A stretch of DNA of 64,000 bases, from positions 11,594,001 through 11,658,000 of the forward strand of contig CM022675.1 in NCBI GenBank assembly GCA_012295275.1, read 5' to 3'. Every line of letters starts with the position of its first letter. Position 1 is the first letter of the stretch. Shown here in pieces: positions 27,506 through 39,500 of this stretch. The notes under the pieces were generated by a model that worked only from the letters and a program-made list of their open reading frames with translations, was not told the DNA's origin and ran no database searches. The translations under genes and the position numbers were made by a program. The stretch is from Chrysomallon squamiferum (taxonomy: Eukaryota > Animalia > Mollusca).

Positions 27506-28151
27506 GCTTTCTATAAACAAAAACTGTTTAAAACAGGTAAAATAATAATAATAATAATATTATTATTATTTTTTTTTTTTTTTTTTTTTTTGCATCCGAA
27601 TGAAATCAAACATAAAAGACTTTATTTTTAGGGATTACAGGACAGTCCCAAACCAAATGCCTTTAGACTGAAAATATATTTTATTTCCCATGTTTGGCAT
27701 CATAAAACATTTTATTTTATTTTATTTTATTTTATTTTATTTTATTTTATTTTATTTTATTTTTTTTATTTTATTTAATTTTATTTAATTTTAATTTTAA
27801 TTTTAATTATTTATTTAATTTTATTTATTTAATTATTATTTATTTATTTATTTTCAATAACTTTTATATATAAATATATATTATTACTATCATTATCATC
27901 ATCATCATTAGTTCTTGCAGTTATTTATTTCTTTATGTATTACTACAACAACTTATTCTTTTTTCTTTGAGGGAAATGAAAACAGAAAGACACAATCGTT
28001 TTTTTAAATAAAAATCAAAAATTAAAAAATTAGGAAAACAGTGTTTTAACTGTAACATCGAGTTCACGTCAACACACTGACCTGAAATTTTACTTAATAC
28101 CTTTAACATGAATCCACCTAGAATTTTTTAATTATCCGGTTTTTTTACATC

Positions 28152-28182
<31 letters not shown>

Positions 28183-28854
28183 ATTTCCAGAAATTTCCAG
28201 AATTATTAAAACTGTTCGGTAAATTGTATTCGTTTTAACATACAAACAATCTACATCTTTTATACGTGAAAGTTCAAAACTATATTTATTTATATATTTA
28301 TATATTTATTTATTTATTTATATTTTTATTTATTTTTTATTTATTTATTTATTTATTTACAACAGGTATACCTTTTTAATTTAGTTCGGGCGCTCGAAAC
28401 ACTAAACTCAATACGAACTGCTATTTTCTTTCGATTCTGTATAAACGTTGTGCATTGTATCGATAAATAAAGGTCGATTACTCCGACAGTTAGATAATTC
28501 ATCAGCAGTTGTCATGATTGATGTAAGTGTCATTATAAATTAATTAAATTCTGATGCTCTAAAACCAGTATCGACTCAGATACGATATGCGCAGAAGCAG
28601 CAGGAAGTGACGAAGTCTACGGCATTGGTGTAATATTTTCGTGTAAAATAATTTATAATAACAATAAAAAAAAAAGTTTGATGTAATCTATTTGTCTGTT
28701 TTGACTTATTATTATTATTATTATTATTATTATTTTAATTATTATTATTATTGGTGGTGGTGGTGGTGTTGTTGGTGTTGTTCTTCTTTTTATTTTCATT
28801 ATTTAATTATTATTATTATTATTATTATTATTATACTTTAATAATTTTTTAAAA

Positions 28855-29155
28855 TATATATTCCATTTTTGAAAGTTTATCGTCATATGTATATGATATT
28901 TATCTATTAACTAATTTTATTTATATGCTACATTTTAACCTGCTATACAAAATGAACAATAAATTTAATTTTTGTTGAAAAAAATATTAATTTCATTATT
29001 GAGAAACAAAAAAAATAAAAAATCCATTTCGATAAAATCCATATTCTTAATTTGATGATAATAATCCAGACACCATTTATTTATTTAAACTGATATTCTT
29101 AATTTGATGCCCACTATAGCATAATTCAGACTTAGGAATTTTTTTTCTTTGAATT

Positions 29156-29187
<32 letters not shown>

Positions 29188-29949
29188 TTTGCCGATTTAC
29201 TTATTTATTTATTTATATATTAATTAATTAATTAATTAATTAATTAACTTATTTATTTATTTATTTTTTTATTCATTTATTGCATTATTTATTTATTTAT
29301 TTGCCTATTTATTTATTTATTTATATATTTATACATTTAGTGCTTTATTTGTTTGTTTATTTATTTATTTATTGTTTTATTTGTTTCTTTACTTATTTAT
29401 TTATTTATTGCTTGTTTGTTTGTTGTTGTCAAAAATTAAATTAGTAATTATAAGGTCTGTTTTGTTAGTAAACTGCCCCTTTTCGTTAACAAATATCATC
29501 TTTAACCATTTGGCTTACAACAGATCCGCTTGGAGATTTCAGCCTATCCAGTTCTAACCAAAAACGAAATCGAACTAGATTCGAAATATTTAACATTGCT
29601 GAATGAACAAATGTAAAAAAATATAAATATTATCATTGCGGATTATATCAATTTATTTACTCCTATTATGAGTGAATTTTAGGGTAAAATAATAATAATA
29701 ATAAATAAAAATGATTTTGTAAAGGCTTAAATGTTTTTGTTTAAGAATGATATTTCATAAAAGTTTTTCATGTTCCAATTATTTATACGAAAATTTATTT
29801 TTATTTATTTATTTACATTAAAATTTATTTTTCTTTTTTTTTCTTTCTTTCTTTCTTTATTTATTTATTTATTTATTATTAAAACTTCTGATGGTTACGA
29901 TTACTTTTACTTATATTGCTACTGATTTTGTTGTTTGGTGTTGTTGTTG

Positions 29950-29984
<35 letters not shown>

Positions 29985-30210
29985 TATTTTTATTATTATT
30001 ATTATTATCACCACTACTACTAGTTACTATTACTTTTATCATATTGTTTCTATTACTACTACTACTACTACTGCTACTACTACTATTATGACTACTACTA
30101 ATACTAATATTTTGTTTATATATATTCCATACGTGAAAGTTTATCTACGTATGTAGATATGATATTTATCTATTGACTGATTTTATTTATATGTTGCATT
30201 TCAACCTGCT
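28855..30210 (+). repeat. Diverged ~90-bp direct repeat pair (28855-28944 and 30119-30210)
   Basis: tatatattccat...gaaagtttatc...atatgatatttatctatt.act.attttatttatatg...aacctgct is present in both. Confidence 0.8.
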
Positions 30211-30920
30211 TCACGTAATTCCCGTAAAAGACTACTACTACTACTACTACCATTGCCACTACTACTATTGCTGTTATTATTATTTATTTTTTTTTCTGAT
30301 TCTTTTTTAATTTTATATTTTTTATTAACAACCATAACAAAGGATTATGATAAGCATCACGGAGTCTACATTAAATATTGATTAAATAAAAGGAAAAATA
30401 TAAAGCATGGAGAAAAGATAAGAGAAAAATCGTCAAAAAAATAAATAAATAAATAAATAAATTTTATATTAAACGCCTTGTGCAAGAACAAAAGATAGAT
30501 TAAACGAAATACAGCAAGCATGACCGAACGAACGAAAAACAAGAATGTTAAGAAGGATGAAAGAAGGAATGAAGGAGATATAAATTAGCGTACAAAAGGG
30601 TTAAAAACCATGCCATCACGTCATTCATAGTTCTGTTCTGTAAACGACTGTTTCGATGGATTGTTAAAAGTTTCATAAATCAACTTGCATGACAAATTTA
30701 CATCTTTTCTGTTTATGCTGTGTGACTATAATTTAGTGCAGTGATACAAGCAGAGAGAGATAAAAAAAAATAAAAAAATAAATAGATTTACGAGTTTAAA
30801 GATCGGGGAAAAATATTTTATGAGACATTAATAACAGTAGTATTTTAAAACTGAAAGACTTTAAAATAAAAAACTTCGTTTTTAGGAAAATGAATTCGGT
30901 TATCATAATCATCATGACAG

Positions 30921-30964
<44 letters not shown>

Positions 30965-31049
30965 TAAAATAATAATTTTTTTTTTTTAAACAGAAAATAT
31001 TAAATATTTTTTAAAATTTTTGTACGTAAATTACCCACATGCATCGTAG

Positions 31050-31075
31050 CACACACGCACACACACACACACACA

Positions 31076-31141
<66 letters not shown>

Positions 31142-31146
31142 CGCAC
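31050..31146. repeat. (CA)n microsatellite
   Basis: Direct reading. Confidence 0.95.
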
Positions 31147-31729
31147 AATTAGCTGCCCACACAAGAACAAACTAAAACAGTAAACACGCACAACACAATG
31201 AGTATAATAATATTTATTACATATCAAGACTTATAATACCATCATATATATACATGATCAACCCAATAAAACAATGAATATGCACAAGTATTTTAATGTA
31301 TAAACGTTACGGTTAAGTTTTAAAGCAGCTAAATGACTTACTTCATATTCGAGTCTTATATCATATAATTTACAGTTCAGTGTTAAAGAAATTAATTTAA
31401 ATGTTTCACAGATTTTGGTTTAAAGCGTGTAAATAAAATATTTCACAGTTTATTTTTTAAAATATATATTTAACACTACAGTTTTGAATAAAATATTTTG
31501 CTCTTTTTTTTTTCAGATATTCTAAATCATTTAATTTTAATTTCAGTTTCTAGTTATAAGAATAGTATATAATTAAATTTTAAAATATCTGAACTACAAT
31601 TCTCAGCCGTTTTAATGTATCCTGTATTTTACGGATACGTTTTAAAGTTCTAAATTATACAGTTTTGTTTATATTTTCCAGCTCCGTTTCAAAATAATTT
31701 TATATTTCTAAAATCATACATTTCAGTTC

Positions 31730-32025
31730 TCATTTATTTATCAAACAAATTCCTTTTATTGTTCAAAGTTTAAGTGATGAATGAAGCAATGAATGGAATA
31801 AATAAAACTGGTCACCAGAAATAAGACAATGATTTGAAAGTGCAAGTGATATACATCACAGGTCATACTGACATGGATCATTTGATTTAGCTTTTTTTTA
31901 AAATAAATAATAAAATACTTATGACAATCTTTTCAAATGTCCTTTATTATAGAAATGATTTAACTAAATATAATAATTTTACTATTTTGTAACAACTTTT
32001 AATTCATCATCATCATCATTCTTAC

Positions 32026-32096
<71 letters not shown>

Positions 32097-33145
32097 CTTA
32101 ACAATAAATGTAATTTCAAGTAACTGCTGCATCAATAAATAAAAAAAAAAAAACTTTTATTATTTTATTTATTTTTCATTATAATTTTATTTCACAATAT
32201 TTTCAATACCCTCTCCAGTCCCAAGAAAATTATTTCTAAGAAATAAAACAGTCAACAGTCAAACATATTCAAATTGAAATATTCCATTTATCTTTAAACA
32301 GTACAAAAATTCTCAGTTAAATACTGTAAATCAGAAAATAGTTGCAGAGAATAAAAAAAAAAAATGTATTTAACAATGCCTTAGAATTTTGTTATTTTCA
32401 TTATTATTTTAATTTTGGTATATAAGAATTTAGTTAACAACAATAGTTTTATGCACATTATAGTTAACATTTTATTATAATTAAATTCAAATAAAACTGT
32501 TTTTAAATTATGTAAGATATTTTAGGTACATTTTTGGATTTTCACTATTTTTTTTTAATGTTCTGTATGCCAATATCATTAACATTTTTATTTATGTGTG
32601 GATTTAATATATTTTAATCTGCAATATTTTCTGATTTACGGCATCTAAACATATATTCAGTCTTTTTATACAAAGGAAGGAGGATAGGAAAAATACTCTC
32701 CTTAATTTGCAAAAAATAAAGAACATGGAAAGCTATGCAGATTTGAAAGATTCACCATGTTGTGTTTTGTACAAGATAATTGAGTTCATTCTTGCAATGA
32801 TGCTTTTCATAAGATGTAAACTTTGTATTTTTAAAATAAGTGTTGAGTGTATGTTTGTGTGTCTTGCATGCATGAATGAATTATACACACACACACACAT
32901 ACATACATATATAAAAAAAAAAAAAACCAACAAGTATATATACTCGTGTATGTTTATATTAACATCAGTCAGACACAAAAACATACAGGTGTATGTATAT
33001 TAAAATATTGACACTTGCACACACACACACACACACACAAATACATGTGTGTTTGTATGATATTAAATACACACATATGCACACACATAAACACAGTCTG
33101 TCTGCCTCTCTCCCCCTCCCTCCCCCTCCTCTGTCTGTCTGTGTG

Positions 33146-33189
<44 letters not shown>

Positions 33190-33206
33190 CTCTTTCTCTT
33201 CCCCCA

Positions 33207-33250
<44 letters not shown>

Positions 33251-33379
33251 GTTTTTCAGTATATATCAACTCTTTGTCTTGAGGTCTTCATTGTTAAATG
33301 GAATCCAGTATCTCTATTTCTGTGATGTCTAATGTCCATGATGAAATTGTAAATGGATGTACACATTAAGTTTTTTTTT
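31730..33379 (-). other. Probable COPZ 3' UTR (~1.6 kb)
   Basis: Follows the stop codon. CpG depletion continues to ~31700, where minus-strand AATAAA signals occur (tttatt at 31755-31760 and 31733-31738). The end point is inferred. Confidence 0.4.
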
Positions 33380-33427
33380 CTACTTCAGTAAGGACCACTT
33401 AATTTGTTCCTTGGCTGACTGCAAGAC
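33380..33427 (-). CDS. COPZ1: COPZ exon 7, terminal ([15 protein letters not shown])
   Basis: ttccag| acceptor; canonical zeta-COP C-terminus; TAG at 33382-33380. Confidence 0.95.
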   Translation of the reverse strand, partial: VLQSAKEQIKWSLLK

Positions 33428-35346
33428 CTGGAATGATAAGACAGAAAACATTTAACTTTTTTTAATATTCGGCTTTTTTTTAATGTCTAAGATAGAAATG
33501 GTGATGCAAAGACAGACAGAGAGTGTTTTGTATGTTTTTAAAAATAAGAAGAAGTAGATATGAGTGTGTATAGTGTCATTGTTTTAGCACACATGTGTGT
33601 TTATGTGTGTGAGTGTTGTTTAGGAGTGTTAATTTATGTGGATTTGTATTTTGTGCTTTAAAGTAGGTGATCTAAACTGGTCAAATATATTAACATAATT
33701 AATTAGGTTTCAAATTCATCTTGTGAAATGAAGAATGATCAGAAATTTTCTTGAGTTAATTTCAAACCAAATAGTATTTTCAGTCCACCAATATTTCTTT
33801 TAAATTTTTTTTTTTTTTATTAATTATTATTATTTTACTACATTATTTCATTTCATTTCATTTCATTATGTTATTATTTTTATTTTGAATTTCAAATATC
33901 TATTTTAATAATTCAAATTGTTGTCCTATACTTTTAAAAAATTTGATACAGAAAAAATAAATAAAAATAAACGAACAAACAAATAAATAAATAAATAAAT
34001 AAATAAAAGTAGAAATTGAGATAAAAATAATTAAATTAATAAATTAATTAATTAAAAAATAAAAATAGAAATTGAAATAAAAATAATTTAATAAATAAAT
34101 TAAATAATGCTTGAATGTCAGAATCATTTCAACTGATATTAATCATTGTTTATTTAGTACAGTAAATAATAATTAATCAGTTTATCGATGTTTATTGTTA
34201 ACACTTTCCTACTAGGAAAACCTACATTTAAAGCTCAAGATACCAGCAACCAAATAAAATAAAAATAAAAAATAAATAAATATGAAATGAAACAAAATCA
34301 AATCAAATCAAATCAATTAATAAAAAAAAAATAAATAAATAAATAAAAATAAAAATAAAATAAAAAATAAAAATCAAATGTTCATAATTAACGTATACAT
34401 TAGCTGAATGAATAAATCAAATAGTTTCCGAATTATTATTATTATTTCTTTATTTATCATAAACGTATTTCTGAGGACCTCTCTTTGCTGTTAAGAAAGT
34501 ATAACGACAAATATTATAGTTTACAAAACATCTGAATGATGTCATTTTACTTCTTTTCGTCACACACCTAACATCAATGTGTATGACTTCATTTGTTCTA
34601 ACAAAACTAGATGACACCTTGGAGGAAATCTTTCTAACCCTTTTGACTGTCAGATCAAAAGCATGAGAGATGACATCAGACAAATATGGTGTATCAGAGA
34701 TATTTTAAAACTGTTCTACACTTTTAGTAGTTTTACTACATTAATGAAAACAGTAATAAAGAAATAAAACATAACTTGGAAACATGCAAAATGTATATAG
34801 AGTCAGTATCTTCTGATTACCAAAGATATTCTTTAATGAATATATATAATGAATATATTTAGTATTTTACAAGTTAGTATTGTTACTAAATCTGTTTGTG
34901 TTTTGTTTTTTTTGTTTTTTTGATGATGGTGTGAATTAAGAAACCAGTGGTCATAATAGCATATAAAAAAATTCAATATATACAGCTAATCCATCAATTA
35001 GCAACAAGGATTTCTGTTACATACACCTGCTCATAGACAGGAAATTTTATGTAACCGCCTTTGATGAATGAACTATGACACATAGGGCTGGAATGGGGAA
35101 AATAACAATATACAATATTACTGTCTGGAATTAAAATGAAAATGATTTTTATTTGTCTTGGAGGTCATTGTACACACTGAATTTCAAATGTCTAGTAAAG
35201 TTAATAAAATAACAATAATAAATAATAATAATAATAATAATAATAATTATATTATTAAATTAATAATGCTATAATAATTATTAAGAAGTAAGCAATAACA
35301 GAAAATAAGAATAATAAATAATAAAATTTAATAAAATAAAAAAAAA

Positions 35347-35425
<79 letters not shown>

Positions 35426-36476
35426 AAATAAATAAATAAAAATAAAACAAAGCAAAACAAAATAAATAAATGATATAAAATAATAATAATAAAAATAAAA
35501 ATAAATAAATAAATAAATAAATAAAGTGAAAAACATCACAGCAACTTTAAGCATTTAGCAAGTGTACACAAATCACATACCACAACAGTTACCTGAGTGT
35601 TACTTTTGACATGAACTGAATTAATTCAACACAAACAAATTAATGTTTCTCACTGTTTACAAATTCACATTTCTAAGTGAAAATTAATATATTAAAACAC
35701 TACTGCAGTTTTAATAGCTTTCAGATATCCAGTTTTTACATAATGTTAATTTACTTAAATAAACATGTTAATGCAGTAACATGAAAAATGGCCATGGGAG
35801 ACATTCTTTTTTAAAAAAAAATAAAATCTTTTTTTTTTTTTTTTTTTTTTTGGTAAATTAATATCACTTATATTATTTTTTTTTTTTTTAAATGATTTTC
35901 AGCTATACTTTTTTGTTTGTATTTTTAAACTTGTTTTTATTGTCAATCTTTTATTTCTGCTAATATAATTAATTAACACAATTAAATGAAAGTAAATTAA
36001 AGCTGTAATAATGTCTAAAGTGAACATCAAAAAAACCCAGAATCATTTCAAATATTCATCTCAACGTATCACCTAATCCTTTGATAAACGAGATTTGCTG
36101 ATCTGATTTAAAGAAGATGAATTACTCAGTAATGCTATATGTATACATATATTTTTATGAATGTATCTATGTTAGTATTGTTTTTATATGAGTATATATA
36201 TACTAATCTCTCTCTAATTTTCTTCTTTCTTTATACATGGCCAAATAAAGAAAATAATGCAAACATATTTTTCAGTTTGGCAACCAAATTATAAATGACT
36301 TTGAAAATAAGCTTAGACGCATATATTCCAAGTAAAGCAGATATACCAAATAATTAAATGACTAATTCTACACATTTTTTTTTTTTTTTTTAATAAAAAC
36401 ATAATTTAAAATAATAATAATAATAATAATAAAAATAATAAAAATAATAACAATAATAATAATAATAATAATAATG

Positions 36477-36563
<87 letters not shown>

Positions 36564-39500
36564 TAAAGAGTAATAAGTACTGAAGCAAACTGAAGACATG
36601 GTACATGATGAAAATATAAAAATTTAAAAATGAGGGGGAAGGGACAAGCTTACTATGGGCATGCACATTATATATTTTAAAAAAATTAATAAAACATTTG
36701 TTTTTAAAATGTCAAAGGATTTACAAGTATCCATGCAACAACTGTCATAATTAAAAATCAGATTTGTTATTTCTTTCAAACATATATACACATACAATAT
36801 AGAGGCATTTGGCATTTACAAAAGAAAATTATAAAATTGTACAAATATTTAAAAAAAAAAAAAAAAAAAAAAACAATTATTATTATTATTATTATTAAAC
36901 TTTTTTATCTTAAGGGAATGCTTAGGCCAAATAGGAATCTTGTTTGAAAGAACTATTTCTGATAAAATCACCATTAAAGAAATACATTTAAATATTTTTT
37001 TGTCATATATATATATATATATTTTTTTTTTTTAAATTTATATATTTATCTATTTGTTGTTGTTGTTTTATCATGTTGGTAAACTGTAAAATAAAAAAAA
37101 AAAACCACACACACACACAAACCAAAAAAGAACCATCCATAACTGTACTAATAATAATACTAATCAATGGGTAGTTGTTACTGAGAATAAATAATTTTTA
37201 TAAGAATTAATAAAAGTTAAAAAGAAAAAGCTAAATTCACTTGTTTAAGAATTCCAAACAGTCACAATTATTTTTCACTCTTTGACTGCAAGCTAAAAAA
37301 AAAAGTTAAGTTTGTATGTGTTTATCTTTCATAAAATCATATTAAATGAATACACATTTATACTTATTTTATATAAGTGAGTAATGCACATTTAAATAGC
37401 TACTTAGGCATTTGGTTTTAGTAACCCATTAAATGACTTTCTTTATTTATCATCATCATTATATAATTTATGCCTCTTCAGTATCATTAATCCATCCCTA
37501 CATACATAAGGGATTAAAAACAGGATAATCTGTGGGCTCTGATAAAAATATATAGGAGAAAAATGTTCAAGTTGGAGTCGAAACAGGGTCTAAGCTTATT
37601 TAACTGAATTAAACAAAGCCAGATACCCTGCAAAAAAAAAAATAATAAAAAATTTCTAAACTGTATTCGTTTATAGCCTCAAATTCTATAATTATTTAAA
37701 GGTAAGCAGTATTGCCCATAAGTTAGTTTCTACAGAACTTTTCAGCACCATACAAAGAATGTATTTAGTTCGCCTACAGGGTGTAAAATGGATTTAATTT
37801 GTACCAGTCTGTACAATGCTAGCCACCTGATAAGAAATTCCAACAACTTACCTCAATTTTCCGAGATATTTGCTAGAGAACATTACATAACAATAAGTAA
37901 TAACAGTGATGGTAAAAATTCTAAAAAAAAAAAAAAAAACTTTGACAATTTGATAGGTATAAAAGTTTGAAATCATATGGAAACTATAAAATTTTGATCA
38001 TCTGAAAGCATATATTTATACTGGGGTTTCTATCAACATATAAGGATGAGCATGGTGTTGTTAGTCAAAATAACAAAGTGCAAACCCATGTAATGGTAAA
38101 AATATTAAACCCCTTTGATATAAAAGGTTTTCATTTTGTTTGTTGTCTTGCATAAAATTTGAGCTACTTGGGTCCAAAGAGTTAAAATTAAATATGTCAA
38201 AAAAAAAAAAAAAATTGTAACCCTGTGGATATTTGGATATATTCTTTAATATACAGTATGAAATAATGGTAATGTAAAAAGGGAGAGAACTCCATTGTGT
38301 AGATGATAAGAAATATATTAAAATCAAATTTTTTTTTTTTTTTTCTTTCTTAAATTACAAAATTTTAAAATATTAAATCCAAAATTGCATGCCTTTGATG
38401 AACAAATCCAGTTTAAAATGTGACTTTTTCTGAAGCAACAATTGATATAATAAAGTATATTTCACAAACAACAGTTAGTTAGCATCTGTATCTGGGTATA
38501 TCAAATATATACACAAACAAAATATATAATGAAAATTGTGTTAGTATGCTAGCACAGTTAATATAAAAACACAACAATGAATTTAATGATTCAGTTATAA
38601 ATGATGCATTGCGATTACAACCAAGCAGAAACCTGCTTGACAGTACTGGTTTTCATAAAAGGAATGCTTCTGACAAATAGTCAGATTTAAGATGAAAGTA
38701 AAAATATCTGTACATGCATCAATAATAAAATAAAAAAATAAAAATAGGCAGATTATTAATGTAAAATGAAAGCTTAATCATAAAAATGTTTGGCTGTGGA
38801 ATTTTGTGCATTATTAAAAGATTATAAAATAAAAACCAAATGATGAAAGTCCATTCTAAAAGTAAGTGTACAAAATAAAACAAAAATAAACATTGCTGAA
38901 AATTGTTAAACCAAGATTTTCTCAAACCCTTTATGACACTAAAAGAACAAGTAGCAAAGATAAATGCTACAGAATCATAAAATATTTATGTTTATTAATT
39001 ACACTACATAATTCACTGTACTTCTCTCAAAGTATAAATTTTAATCTAAATTGTTTCAATTGGGGCAGTGAAAAATAAAAAGTTTAAGAATCACTGGTTC
39101 AAAACTTGTATATAATAATGCCAACATGGTTCTATAACTAAAAATATTTCTAACAAAATATTCAGAAAATACCTGAGTGACAGATTGTTCCCCTAGAGAA
39201 ATGTCATCAGTTCGAATTGCAACTTTCTGTACAATAGATGATGGATCAGCTTCTAGTACAATCCTGACAGAAAATAATTTATTAAAAAAAACACACAACA
39301 CAAATATTAAAAAGACAAAAATAAAAGTTCGTTATTTGGAATTTGTAGTGACGTCGAAGAATATATAGGAAGAAATTAGTAATTTTTTTATTTTAGAATT
39401 GATATTAATTATTTTGAATTTTAAAATTGTTTGAATGATGTATTAATTACCATAAGAATCGAAGAATTTTAATACTAGAAAAAATATTAATCACTCAAAA

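Noticed and set aside
31611-31646. Short hairpin containing AATGTATCCTG, like the 3' half of miR-iab-4
   Set aside because: No seed match, only a ~9-bp stem, and iab-4 is an arthropod family.
34450-34683. 77-aa minus-strand ORF in COPZ intron 6
   Set aside because: Non-ATG start, an in-frame stop just upstream, no usable acceptor and no recognisable domain or snoRNA boxes.
37514-37640. Poly-T-GCAG acceptor at 37628 as an alternative last COPZ exon (GIWLCLIQ...)
   Set aside because: Poly-A/T runs are ubiquitous here, there is no good donor, and the peptide has no similarity to zeta-COP.
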